From a virus (taxonomy: Duplodnaviria > Caudoviricetes), in the IMG/VR virus record IMGVR_UViG_3300032243_000596, positions 1 through 64,000 of that record: a stretch of DNA of 64,000 nucleotides; one strand, given 5' to 3'. A program made the translations under genes and the position numbers. The notes beneath the pieces are model-generated. The model saw only the letters and a program-made list of their open reading frames with translations, had not been told where the DNA came from and did not search any database. Positions 1 to 8,864 of the stretch are shown here, piece by piece. Positions within the stretch are counted from its first letter, which is position 1; the number at the start of each line of letters is the position of its first letter.

Positions 1-29
1 AAATCCTTTTTAATATTTACCAAACCAAC

Positions 30-50
30 AAAAAACCCGCCTCAGCGGGT
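30..50 (-). terminator. intrinsic terminator
   Basis: ACCCGC-CTCA-GCGGGT hairpin followed by a U-run on the minus strand. Confidence 0.7.
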
Positions 51-63
51 AAATGTCAGAACT

Positions 64-342
64 TTATAATTTTCTAATGTCTGTAACATTCATCACTTTG
101 AATGCTCGCCATTCGGCTTTATCTAAACACCACACACTCAATGTTTCTGGTTTGTACACACGAGTTTGATGCTGTTCGGTCACTGCTCGTTGCGGCATAG
201 CATCATCACGCAAGGTGCAAGGCATCACTCGGACCGAACCATCCAACTTGGTAAAGGTAACTTGGTGATCTTCTTTGAGAGTTTGGCGCAGATAATTATT
301 ACGACTGTCTGCATCTAGTTCTGACCAGTTTTCTGGTAACAT
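64..342 (-). CDS. WYL_2/DUF2693-like SH3-fold phage protein
   Basis: VTFTKLDGSVRVMPCTL...VWCLDKAEWRAF pattern. Confidence 0.6.
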   Translation of the reverse strand: MLPENWSELDADSRNNYLRQTLKEDHQVTFTKLDGSVRVMPCTLRDDAMPQRAVTEQHQTRVYKPETLSVWCLDKAEWRAFKVMNVTDIRKL

Positions 343-343
343 A

Positions 344-604
344 TTAAATCCTTTTTAAGTAGGTGAAAAAATCTTTTTTATCACGTGGTTGCCAAGCGGT
401 GGCATCGGGGCCACACACGGCTTTTTTAACACGGACCACACCACAACTGTCATAGCGACCGGGGCTTGTGGTGCCATCTACAACATTGTATTCAGGTGGT
501 GTGTATGACAAATCACAGGTCCAGGACCACGTGCTTACTTTAAATGTGCGCTCAAACCAATTGGCACGATTGTGTGTACAATTCTGACAGGTTATTTGAC
601 TCAT
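344..604 (-). CDS. hypothetical Cys-rich protein
   Basis: ATGA-coupled to ligase; CxxC and further Cys. Confidence 0.6.
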   Translation of the reverse strand: MSQITCQNCTHNRANWFERTFKVSTWSWTCDLSYTPPEYNVVDGTTSPGRYDSCGVVRVKKAVCGPDATAWQPRDKKDFFTYLKRI

Positions 605-1917
605 AGTTTTTCTCCTGCTTCAAATCCACGAAAACGCAGGAAACGCGGAAAACGCAAACTGTATGAACCATCTTGGTTCTGAGTAATAGCATCTGCACGT
701 ACCTCAACTATGTTGCCAGCGAGACGATTCCTAGCACCCCAATACTCAATGCGATGATCATCAGTAAAACCACTTCCCACATTGACTCTAATCGATTTAC
801 CATCGTCAACACCTTCGCATACAAGAGCACCGAGACGTCCAATATTTTTTCCTGTACCTTCTTCAACATCTTTGACCTCCAGACTTACTTCAATAAAAGG
901 CTTTAACTTGAGCCAGGCCACACTACGTTTAACTTCGTAGGGTGCTTGTGGATCTTTAAGCATAATACCTTCGTAGCCACCCGCAATGGCCTGCAGGTTA
1001 ATGGCCCGATAACGCTCCTGGCCTGCCGTAGTCTTTAGGTCTACCAGTTCTTGCCCCACAACTGTTACGTTGGGCAACTTGTCTGAATAAAAACCGTGCC
1101 ACAGTTTTAATGCCTTACTGCGGGCTGTTTGAGTTTGTTCAAAGAATCCTTTTTCAAACGCACTTAACGGCAACCAATCAAAGAGGTTTAAAACGGCATC
1201 ATTGCTTTGTACATCACTTTTACGATGCACCTGCTTCATCAAATCTTGGAAACTGCTAGACATAACTTCGCCGTCTAACACCCAGGGTTCGTTCATTGCC
1301 CGGCCAGTTTCTTTTAACTGTTGTCGAATGTGCGGAAAGTTAACCAATTCTTTACCGTTGCGACTAAATTGATCCACGCGACCATCTGGGTAAACAATAG
1401 TTATAACACGAACTCCATCCAGTTTGACTTCAATTAATTTCTTGCCGTCAACTTTGGTCTCGTGGTTGGCGCTGTCGTGAGCAAGCTGACAACTGAACAC
1501 AGGTACTGCGTACTGGGGCCAACGCTTTTCCACTACTTTGTTGATGGTTTTTTCGCTGGCACCACAGCGTAGGTCTTTGATCAATATGCGACGGTACCAA
1601 CCATTCCATTCTTGTCTAGTGGCCGATGCCATCATTGCGTCAATCATATCACGAGCTGTATTACCCGTGACGTCGCGAGTAACAAATCCGGTAATGGCCA
1701 AGGTAAAACTTGACCAAGGTAGGCCTGCGCCGTCTGCGTCTGTTTTTTCAGGCACCTGCTTGATGCCAAATGTAATCATTGCGTCTAATGCCAGACGAGC
1801 TCCTTCAAAAAATTCACTGTTGCCTGCTTCTGCTTGGGCAAGAATGATATCTTCTTTGTTGAGACGACTGGGATGATTTTCTAAATCAGCGATAACTTGA
1901 TAGCAAGGGTCACTCAT
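601..1917 (-). CDS. lig: ATP-dependent DNA ligase
   Basis: EVKLDGVR (KxDG), LDGE, EGIMLK, WLKLKP, C-terminal SLRFPRF. Confidence 0.95.
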   Translation of the reverse strand: MSDPCYQVIADLENHPSRLNKEDIILAQAEAGNSEFFEGARLALDAMITFGIKQVPEKTDADGAGLPWSSFTLAITGFVTRDVTGNTARDMIDAMMASATRQEWNGWYRRILIKDLRCGASEKTINKVVEKRWPQYAVPVFSCQLAHDSANHETKVDGKKLIEVKLDGVRVITIVYPDGRVDQFSRNGKELVNFPHIRQQLKETGRAMNEPWVLDGEVMSSSFQDLMKQVHRKSDVQSNDAVLNLFDWLPLSAFEKGFFEQTQTARSKALKLWHGFYSDKLPNVTVVGQELVDLKTTAGQERYRAINLQAIAGGYEGIMLKDPQAPYEVKRSVAWLKLKPFIEVSLEVKDVEEGTGKNIGRLGALVCEGVDDGKSIRVNVGSGFTDDHRIEYWGARNRLAGNIVEVRADAITQNQDGSYSLRFPRFLRFRGFEAGEKL

Positions 1918-1952
1918 AAAAATAGCACCATAGTTGTTGAAACGATAGTGCT

Positions 1953-1981
1953 ATTATACAGTGGATTGAATTAATTGTCAA
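1953..1981 (-). promoter_or_regulatory. sigma70 promoter
   Basis: TTGACA-17-TATAAT; the -35 contains the TGA stop of the upstream ORF. Confidence 0.85.
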
Positions 1982-2376
1982 CCGTTTGTTCGTTGACCAA
2001 ATAAGTGTTGCAAATAACCTAAGGGTGTGTAGTACAAAGTCTGACCGTTTGGACCTTGAGTTTCGTTACCATCTGTGTCCAGGACCTTGACGCCGTGACC
2101 AAGTTCCGAAGCATCGGCCCTTGATAGTTTGGCCACTTCTGCGTGAACTGCGCTGGTCCAAACAAATTCGTATTGTCCAGTTTGTTGGTTGCGCTCAGCT
2201 GAAATTAGTCCTAAGTTTTTTTGTCGTTCAACTTGAGATTGAACACCTTCTTCGGTAATTTGGTCAAGTGTTTTGCCTGAACATTCTGGATAATCAGATA
2301 AAACTGAAATATCTGTTGAAGCAATAAACTCATCCCAGGTTATACTTGGGTTTGTTGTTGTAATTGTATGTGCCAT
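1978..2376 (-). CDS. hypothetical protein
   Basis: 132-aa ORF with AAGGA SD. Confidence 0.7.
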   Translation of the reverse strand: MAHTITTTNPSITWDEFIASTDISVLSDYPECSGKTLDQITEEGVQSQVERQKNLGLISAERNQQTGQYEFVWTSAVHAEVAKLSRADASELGHGVKVLDTDGNETQGPNGQTLYYTPLGYLQHLFGQRTNG

Positions 2377-2400
2377 ACTAAATTCCTTTATATAGCTTAT

Positions 2401-2745
2401 TTATTTAATTTGTGTCAAGTGCTTACAGTTACCACGGAATTTAAAACCACTACAGGTACAGGTCAATCCATTTTCAGTTTGCTCCACTGTATATCGATCG
2501 CCTTTACTGCCTGTAACAGTCCATTTGGGGTTGGCATTGATCTCTTCGATTTTATAATCAAAAGTATTTTTTACAGGTTGAAACTTACGACCTCGTGTGT
2601 CGATTCGGATAGGATTTTTGAATGTGAACACGCTTTTACTGCCTGCCCGAATATATGCGTACATTTTGGTCTTGCTGTCGTCCAGCAGGTACACGCCATT
2701 GGGGATATCGTCTCGATAGTCAGTAGTTTCTTCAAAAAATTTCAT
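2401..2745 (-). CDS. SWIM-type zinc finger protein
   Basis: CTCSGFKFRGNCKH (CxC..CxH). Confidence 0.75.
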   Translation of the reverse strand: MKFFEETTDYRDDIPNGVYLLDDSKTKMYAYIRAGSKSVFTFKNPIRIDTRGRKFQPVKNTFDYKIEEINANPKWTVTGSKGDRYTVEQTENGLTCTCSGFKFRGNCKHLTQIK

Positions 2746-2754
2746 TTTGTGTCC

Positions 2755-2985
2755 TTAGCCCAAAAATGCACGATATAAACCAAAACAACTGATCAACATA
2801 CTGACCACATTGACCACAATTTGTGCTGTATTTTTTACCAGTAGGGCCCAGGTTACAAAAAACATCATTCCCAATAAGAATGCTATGATATTGTAAGGAT
2901 CTGCGTTGCCCACTGCGTTCAAACTGTGCCCTAGCAGGATGCACACTACCCCTGCCCATTGTAAGTGATTTAAGTATTTGTTCAT
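2755..2985 (-). CDS. small membrane protein, probably leaderless
   Basis: three hydrophobic segments; start moved to MNKYLNH, 6 nt after TATAAT. Confidence 0.7.
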   Translation of the reverse strand: MNKYLNHLQWAGVVCILLGHSLNAVGNADPYNIIAFLLGMMFFVTWALLVKNTAQIVVNVVSMLISCFGLYRAFLG

Positions 2986-2991
2986 ATCAAT

Positions 2992-3020
2992 ATTATACTG
3001 CCAAAATGAATAATGGTCAA
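2992..3020 (-). promoter_or_regulatory. sigma70 promoter
   Basis: TTGACC-17-TATAAT. Confidence 0.85.
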
Positions 3021-3052
3021 TCAAAAAGAAACCCGCCATTTAGACGGGTTAT

Positions 3053-3072
3053 TGTAGTACTTGAGTATTACT
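3053..3072. repeat. promoter-associated palindrome copy
   Basis: TGTAGTAC-TTGA-GTATTACT. Confidence 0.75.
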
Positions 3073-3073
3073 T

Positions 3074-3580
3074 TTAGCTGTTTAGTACTTTGGCCACGCT
3101 GTTCATCACTGCGGCAATACGACCAATGTCACGAAGTTGTTCTACTGTGTAGCCTTCCTTCTTGAGTGTTTCATAGTGCGCTTTTACACAGAAATGACAC
3201 TTGCCAACGATACTGGCGGCAAGGCTAAATGCTTCAAAGTTGCTCTTGGTAGTGCCACCGTGACTGGCAATGGCATTCATACGCAACTGGGCTGGTAAAC
3301 CCGTTAACTGCGGATCGTCGGCCATTTCAACATATGGGTACCATACATTGTTCTGTGCCATAATGCTGGCGGCTGTCATTGCTGACTCTGCATATACAGG
3401 TGCGTCTGCCAACAAGATACTCAGGACCTTACCGTTACCAGTTGCGGCCAATGCGGCCACAGCACAACCCAAAGCCACATCTGCATCTAAAGTACTACGC
3501 AAAAGGACGGCGTCAAGATTTAACTTGGTGTCCTTTGCGTATTCTGGCAACGCACCTTTGATAGCGTCGTTGAATGCCAT
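3074..3580 (-). CDS. ahpD: alkyl hydroperoxide reductase AhpD
   Basis: SIVGKCHFCVKAH (CxxC) motif; coupled to ahpC. Confidence 0.92.
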   Translation of the reverse strand: MAFNDAIKGALPEYAKDTKLNLDAVLLRSTLDADVALGCAVAALAATGNGKVLSILLADAPVYAESAMTAASIMAQNNVWYPYVEMADDPQLTGLPAQLRMNAIASHGGTTKSNFEAFSLAASIVGKCHFCVKAHYETLKKEGYTVEQLRDIGRIAAVMNSVAKVLNS

Positions 3581-4137
3581 TATAGAGTCTCTCCGCCTAC
3601 TGTACGATTACAGGCACATAGCTCGCCGGTTTGCAATGCGTCCAAAATACGCAATGTTTCTTCTGGGCTACGACCCACATTCAAGTTGTTGACAGTCACG
3701 TGCTGGATAACGTTGTCTGGATCAACGATGAATGTAGCACGAAGTGCCGCACCTGCTGGAGTATAGAATACACCCAGTTGCTCAATTAGGCTAAGATTTT
3801 CATAAGTTTCATTATTAGTACGCTGTGTGTCTGCAAATTGTGTATGTGTGATCTTCTGTAGATCTGGATGTGCCTTTTGCCAGGCTACCTTACAGAACTC
3901 GTTGTCTGTGCTGCCTGTGAGCAAGATGGCATCACGGTCAGCAAAGTCGCTGGCCAGTTTGTCATAGGCTACAATTTCTGTAGGACATACAAATGTAAAG
4001 TCCTTGGGATAGTAAACGATTACTTTCCACTTGCCTTCATATGACTTTTCTGTAATGTCAAAGAAAGCGTCTTCTGGTTGTCCGGGCTTAACGCCAGTTA
4101 CCGCAAACGGTTCTAATTTATCTCCAACTGTTTTCAT
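3580..4137 (-). CDS. ahpC: 2-Cys peroxiredoxin AhpC
   Basis: YPKDFTFVCPTE; GELCAC. Confidence 0.95.
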   Translation of the reverse strand: MKTVGDKLEPFAVTGVKPGQPEDAFFDITEKSYEGKWKVIVYYPKDFTFVCPTEIVAYDKLASDFADRDAILLTGSTDNEFCKVAWQKAHPDLQKITHTQFADTQRTNNETYENLSLIEQLGVFYTPAGAALRATFIVDPDNVIQHVTVNNLNVGRSPEETLRILDALQTGELCACNRTVGGETL

Positions 4138-4237
4138 ATAATTTCCTTTAAGTAAATGATTTGTGTGCTAGACTAAAACGTAATTGTACATTCAAACTTT
4201 GAAAAATCAATCAGTTTGGTAAAATTAGTTATTAAAG

Positions 4238-4260
4238 GATCTGGGCACAAGGCCCAGATC
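4238..4260. terminator. GC-rich hairpin, probable terminator
   Basis: GATCTGGGC-ACAAG-GCCCAGATC. Confidence 0.6.
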
Positions 4261-4320
4261 TTAATTGAGATTAAATTTTTGATTTAGCTAAACTTGAAAA
4301 CCAGCTTTTAATGCTGGCTA

Positions 4321-4968
4321 TTACTTTCCCAAGAGCGAATCGACTTTGGCTTCGGCAATATCTAAACGTGCTTCGACAGAATCCAATGCTGGATCTGCTG
4401 GAGTAGCAACTGCTTGGGTAATTTGTTGAATAACTTCAGGAGCAACTGTATCAACACCAGTGGCTGTAGCAATAACATTGGCAACTGCATCAACTACTGC
4501 TTGAACTGCTTCTGGTGCAGGTGCAGGTGCATCGGCAACGGCTTGAACAATGGCTTCAGTGATTGCAACTGCATCAACAACAACTTCTGGCTCGGCTGTA
4601 ACAACTGCAATAACTGCGGCTGCGACTACGTCGGCAATCTGTGTGTCAGCGATTGGCTCTGCTTCGTGCTGGTCGGTAACTACGTCTGCAACAATGTCAG
4701 CAGCTTCTGCGTGATCTGCACTTGGAGACAATGCAACAACTTCTTCGACTGCTACAGATGCAACATCGGCTGGTGCAGCAACAATAGCGTCAATATGTTC
4801 TTGTGTCTTTTCAGCTACTAAATGATCAACAGTAACTTCTACCAATGTCAAACGTGCGTTTAGTTCTTCTAATGAAGAAGCGATGTCGGGGTTAGCGCCA
4901 TAACCAGCTAATGATGCCAATTTGGCTTCGACTGCTACTAATCGTATTGCTAAGTCTTCTAATCTCAT
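4321..4968 (-). CDS. acidic Ala/Val-rich low-complexity protein with terminal coiled-coil segments
   Basis: start moved to MRLEDL (AAGGA SD, CGTAAATA late promoter at 5025-5032). Confidence 0.75.
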   Translation of the reverse strand: MRLEDLAIRLVAVEAKLASLAGYGANPDIASSLEELNARLTLVEVTVDHLVAEKTQEHIDAIVAAPADVASVAVEEVVALSPSADHAEAADIVADVVTDQHEAEPIADTQIADVVAAAVIAVVTAEPEVVVDAVAITEAIVQAVADAPAPAPEAVQAVVDAVANVIATATGVDTVAPEVIQQITQAVATPADPALDSVEARLDIAEAKVDSLLGK

Positions 4969-5042
4969 AGGAATTTCCTTTAAAGTTTTTGTTTTTGAGA
5001 ATGTGTACCCCATTGGTACATTAGTATTTACGTGTATATGTA

Positions 5043-6059
5043 TTACAATGATTTGACAGACACAAGATTGTCTCTAAATATTTCCCAAGCACGTTCCCAG
5101 GTCCAACGACCACTGCCTTCCCACACACGTTGACGATTCAACATAAGTGCATCCTTGACTGCCTGTTTTAGATCTGTGTTCATACAACCAGTAATGCCTT
5201 CGTCAATGACATCTTCCGGACCTTGACAAGGAAATGCAGCCACAGGTGTACCACAGGCCATAGATTCTATCATTACAATACCAAATGTTTCCCAACGTGA
5301 CGGAAACACAAATACATCAGCAAGGGCGTAGTACTCAGCCAGTTCCTGGCCAGTCTTAAAACCCACAAACTCTATAGCGGGATATCGCTTTTCATATAGT
5401 TCACGCATTGGGCCGTCGCCTACCATAATCTTACGACAGTTGGGATAATCTAGTTCAAAAAATTCTTCTAAGTTTTTTTCTTTGCTGACTCGACTGACAC
5501 AGACCAATGTTTTTTCTTTTGTGCTGAGTTTTTTCCTTAGGGTAGGAGAAAATATGTTACGATCCACTCCACGAGTCCAGGGAATAATATTTCCAGTGAA
5601 TCCGTTTTCTTTTAATTCCCTGACCATTGCATCTGTGGTAGTCAACACCTTACCTGAGTGTTTATGAAACCAACGCACTAAAGGCCAAGTAACGGCTTCA
5701 GGTACACCAAAAAGTTTTCTAAGTCCTTCTGGAAATTTAGTATGATAAGCAGTATTGTACCTATAATTATGTTTGTCAAAATATTGTCTAGCACACAAAC
5801 CAAGAGGACCTTCGGTGGCGATATGGATATAATCCGGATTGATCTCCTTAAATATCTTGCCCAAGGTGCGTTTACGTGCAAGGGTAATCTTGACTTCGTT
5901 GTAGCCAGGGCAATCAACATAGCGGAACCGCCCGGGATCAAGATATACAACACGATAGTTGTCCAGAATCGCACAAGCCTCGATATTTTTGTAGGTCGTA
6001 ACAACACCATTTATCTGCTCCGGTAAGTTATCAGTGACGATCAAGATTGTTTTCTGCAT
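5043..6059 (-). CDS. agt: GT4 glycosyltransferase, Agt-like (diacylglycerol glycosyltransferase)
   Basis: ILIVTD..QINGVVTT, IHIATEGPLG, DVFVFPSRWETFGIVMIESMACGTPVAA; adjacent to plcP-like gene. Confidence 0.75.
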   Translation of the reverse strand: MQKTILIVTDNLPEQINGVVTTYKNIEACAILDNYRVVYLDPGRFRYVDCPGYNEVKITLARKRTLGKIFKEINPDYIHIATEGPLGLCARQYFDKHNYRYNTAYHTKFPEGLRKLFGVPEAVTWPLVRWFHKHSGKVLTTTDAMVRELKENGFTGNIIPWTRGVDRNIFSPTLRKKLSTKEKTLVCVSRVSKEKNLEEFFELDYPNCRKIMVGDGPMRELYEKRYPAIEFVGFKTGQELAEYYALADVFVFPSRWETFGIVMIESMACGTPVAAFPCQGPEDVIDEGITGCMNTDLKQAVKDALMLNRQRVWEGSGRWTWERAWEIFRDNLVSVKSL

Positions 6060-6810
6060 TGTCCTTTTCCTGTGTCCAAGTTATTATTTCCCAGCGCCCG
6101 TCGTGATGTTCCACCAAGGCTGTACAACTTTCTACCCAATCGCCATCGTTCATATAAACAATACCGTCTATAGTTTTTATTTCTGCGTGATGGATATGAC
6201 CGCAGACCACACCGTCAAATCCTCGCTTTTTACAGTAGGCCACAAGGTTCTTTTCAAACTGGAAGATAAAGTCCACAGCTTTTTTGACCCGTTGCTTAAG
6301 ATACTGGCTAAGACTCCAATAACCAAAACCCATACGATGACGGAGCCAATTAAATTTAGTATTAAGTGTAAGGACCAGGTCATATGCTCGATCTCCTAAA
6401 AAACTTAGCCAAGGTGCTAGTCTGGTGATACCATCAAATAGGTCACCGTGCACCACAAGATAGTGTTTGCCGTCCAGACCTATGTGCTCGCATTGGTTAC
6501 ATATTTCAACATTACCAAATCCAATGTTGTATGGCATCAGCGGACGCAGGAATTCGTCGTGATTTCCAGCCACGTATACAACCCTAGTGCCACGCTTACT
6601 ATGACCCAGAATTCTACGGACAACATTGGTGTGGCTTTGTTTCCAGCGCCATTTGTTTTGTTGGATTCTCCAAACATCTAGAATGTCTCCCACCAGGTAG
6701 AGTGTTTCGCAGCTATTATGTTTGAGAAAATTGTTGAGTTTATCCGCTTGGCTATCTCTTGTACCAAGGTGTATGTCGCTAATAAAGATCGTGCGAAAGG
6801 TCTTCTGCAT
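6031..6810 (-). CDS. plcP: metallophosphoesterase, PlcP/LpxH2-type phospholipase C
   Basis: FISDIHLG, LVGDILD, GNHD, HGD, GHIHH, NDGDWVES. Confidence 0.8.
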   Translation of the reverse strand: MQKTFRTIFISDIHLGTRDSQADKLNNFLKHNSCETLYLVGDILDVWRIQQNKWRWKQSHTNVVRRILGHSKRGTRVVYVAGNHDEFLRPLMPYNIGFGNVEICNQCEHIGLDGKHYLVVHGDLFDGITRLAPWLSFLGDRAYDLVLTLNTKFNWLRHRMGFGYWSLSQYLKQRVKKAVDFIFQFEKNLVAYCKKRGFDGVVCGHIHHAEIKTIDGIVYMNDGDWVESCTALVEHHDGRWEIITWTQEKDNAENNLDRH

Positions 6811-6842
6811 ACAATTATTTACGCAGAAGTCTTTTTATTTTT

Positions 6843-6860
6843 ATTACGTTTTTGTTACAG
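6843..6860 (-). promoter_or_regulatory. Pho-box-like direct repeat
   Basis: CTGTAAC-AAAA-ACGTAAT, 11-bp period, upstream of plcP. Confidence 0.55.
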
Positions 6861-6862
6861 TA

Positions 6863-7021
6863 TTAAATTTTCACCACAGTCCATTTTGCTGTAAATGGTT
6901 TGCCTTCGGCGCGGTGTTTTAGTATCTTGCGGAACTCTTCTATACGGAGTAGAGCAATTGCATCTTCATCGTGTCGGAAGCAAGCCTTGTACAACTTACG
7001 AACTAATTTCGCTTGTTTCAT
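6863..7021 (-). CDS. small basic hypothetical protein (52 aa, not in ORF track)
   Basis: [52 protein letters not shown]; AAGGAG SD; CATAAATA upstream. Confidence 0.7.
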   Translation of the reverse strand: MKQAKLVRKLYKACFRHDEDAIALLRIEEFRKILKHRAEGKPFTAKWTVVKI

Positions 7022-7096
7022 AGCATTGTCCTCCTTGGGAAAATATTTATGCTGTTTATCATAAAAATATTAATTTTGGACTACCATAAATACTCA

Positions 7097-7801
7097 ATGA
7101 ATATAATTATTGCAACACTGGTGATGACACACATCACCATAGTGTGTGTTACACTGTACCTGCACAGAGGGCAAGCACACCGAGGCATTGTTTTCAATCC
7201 CTTGCTAGAACATTTTATGAGATTTTGGTTATGGCTCACAACCGGAATGGTGACCAAACAATGGGTGGCTGTACATCGCAAGCATCATAGGTTCAGCGAC
7301 GTCGACGGTGATCCACACAGTCCACACGTATACGGAATTCAACGTGTATTTTTTAAAGGAGCACTACTTTATAATGACGCCGCAAAAGATAAAACTATGG
7401 TTGATACATACGGTCGTGGTACTCCTTCTGATTGGATGGAGCACAACATATACACTGCTCACAGTAGACTTGGCATTGGCATTCTCTTTGTGTTCAACAC
7501 CCTAGTATTTGGTTGGTGGGGGCCAGTGGTGTGGATAATTCAAATGATATGGATACCACTGTGGGCTGCAGGAGTTATCAATGGCGTGGGACATTGGCTG
7601 GGATACCGCAACGGTACTGCCAAAGATCATAGCCGCAACATTAGTCCTTGGGGTATTTTAATTGGCGGAGAAGAACTGCACAACAATCATCATCTGGATC
7701 CTGCTAATCCTAAACTAAGCCGTCGATGGTTTGAATTTGATATAGGCTGGATGTGGTTGAGCGTGTTTAGATTCTTACGTATGGCCAAACTTCGCACCTA
7801 G
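7097..7801 (+). CDS. membrane fatty-acid desaturase (delta-9/OLE1-like)
   Basis: His boxes HRGQAH, HRKHH, HNNHH; start moved to MNIII. Confidence 0.88.
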   Translation: MNIIIATLVMTHITIVCVTLYLHRGQAHRGIVFNPLLEHFMRFWLWLTTGMVTKQWVAVHRKHHRFSDVDGDPHSPHVYGIQRVFFKGALLYNDAAKDKTMVDTYGRGTPSDWMEHNIYTAHSRLGIGILFVFNTLVFGWWGPVVWIIQMIWIPLWAAGVINGVGHWLGYRNGTAKDHSRNISPWGILIGGEELHNNHHLDPANPKLSRRWFEFDIGWMWLSVFRFLRMAKLRT

Positions 7802-7817
7802 TGTCCTAGTGTAAGTG

Positions 7818-7835
7818 GTGTCATAAAACCTTAAT
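7818..7835 (+). promoter_or_regulatory. Pho-box-like direct repeat within a duplicated promoter cassette
   Basis: GTGTCAT-AAAA-CCTTAAT; cassette resembles 7056-7099. Confidence 0.55.
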
Positions 7836-7856
7836 TTTGGCCATCATAAATACTCA

Positions 7857-8495
7857 GTGACACCATCAACTATAGCTCTTTTTGTACACGATCCAAAATG
7901 TTCCGTACAGTCCAGTAACGGCATTATGCGAGCTTTGGGCAGTCGCTATAACTTTAAATTGTTTTCCAAAAGTCCCGTAGAAGATAATTTCTTTGACAAC
8001 GTGGACATAGTCTGCTTTCCTGGCGGGTTTGGGGACAGTGACGGTTTTGACACGCTGCTGAAACATAACCAAGATCAGATAGTTGATTTTGTCCGCAATG
8101 GCGGCAAGTACCTGGGCATTTGTATGGGAGCCTATTGGGCCGGCCACTATTACTTTGATCTACTGGACAATGTCCGAGCTTATCAATATATTAAAAGACC
8201 CAACACAGACACTCGCAGACCCCACGCAAAAAACTTGTCAGTCACTTGGCAGGGCAAAGATACACAAATGTTTTTCTACGATGGATGTGCGCTAGTGGGC
8301 ACAGGCCCGCACAAGACCATAGCCACCTATGCCAATGGTGATGCTATGGCCATAATACAAAACAACATAGGTCTAATTGGTTGTCATCCCGAGGCAGATG
8401 AATTTTGGTACGACAGTTACAGTTGGATGCAGGGACACTGGCAGTCGCATCATCGCCTGCTGTTAGATTTTGTCAATCAGCTAGACGAGTCTTGA
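7857..8495 (+). CDS. BPL_N class I glutamine amidotransferase-like protein
   Basis: FPGG, YLGICMGAY (nucleophile Cys), GCHPE; GTG start. Confidence 0.8.
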   Translation: MTPSTIALFVHDPKCSVQSSNGIMRALGSRYNFKLFSKSPVEDNFFDNVDIVCFPGGFGDSDGFDTLLKHNQDQIVDFVRNGGKYLGICMGAYWAGHYYFDLLDNVRAYQYIKRPNTDTRRPHAKNLSVTWQGKDTQMFFYDGCALVGTGPHKTIATYANGDAMAIIQNNIGLIGCHPEADEFWYDSYSWMQGHWQSHHRLLLDFVNQLDES

Positions 8496-8721
8496 CCCAC
8501 ATACCCAGCAGGGTTCCAAAAAATGCACCCAGCAGTGCCGGAATTAGGGCCCAGTGATCTGTGGTATAGTTTATAACTGCCACACTGGCAGTAAAAGTTA
8601 CAACCGTGCTCCACCAGGCCGCAGCAACGGGACGATTGTGTTGTATGGATTTTACAAAATAGATGTAGATCAAGTCAGTAAAAAATACAGCCAAAAAGGT
8701 CACTAGGTATTCCCAATTCAT
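8473..8721 (-). CDS. small multi-pass membrane protein
   Basis: three hydrophobic helices, GAFFGTLLG. Confidence 0.7.
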   Translation of the reverse strand: MNWEYLVTFLAVFFTDLIYIYFVKSIQHNRPVAAAWWSTVVTFTASVAVINYTTDHWALIPALLGAFFGTLLGMWVKTRLAD

Positions 8722-8855
8722 TTTGATTTTTCTTCAGCTTGGCGTTCAGCACGACTGGGAGGATCTGGAGGGAAATAAGGAACTATCACATAATGATTGG
8801 CACTCCACCAACCAATGGCACTTAGAAATCCAATTACGATATATTCAGCAATCAT
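8718..8855 (-). CDS. 45-aa membrane-anchored peptide (not in ORF track)
   Basis: MIAEYIVIGFLSAIGWWSANHYVIVPYFPPDPPSRAERQAEEKSK; ATGA overlap with next gene; TAAATA-N5-ATG. Confidence 0.6.
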   Translation of the reverse strand: MIAEYIVIGFLSAIGWWSANHYVIVPYFPPDPPSRAERQAEEKSK

Positions 8856-8864
8856 ATGAATATT

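Noticed and set aside
4211-4235. OxyR box upstream of ahpC
   Set aside because: Only a poor match to the ATAG-N7-CTAT periodic consensus in AT-rich DNA.
4414-4821. Cys/Asn-rich 135-aa plus-strand ORF
   Set aside because: Antisense shadow of the low-complexity Ala/Val gene; no RBS or promoter.
6031-6810. Annotation as lipid A enzyme LpxH
   Set aside because: The GNHD motif and agt-type neighbour favour PlcP; not fully excluded without a tree.
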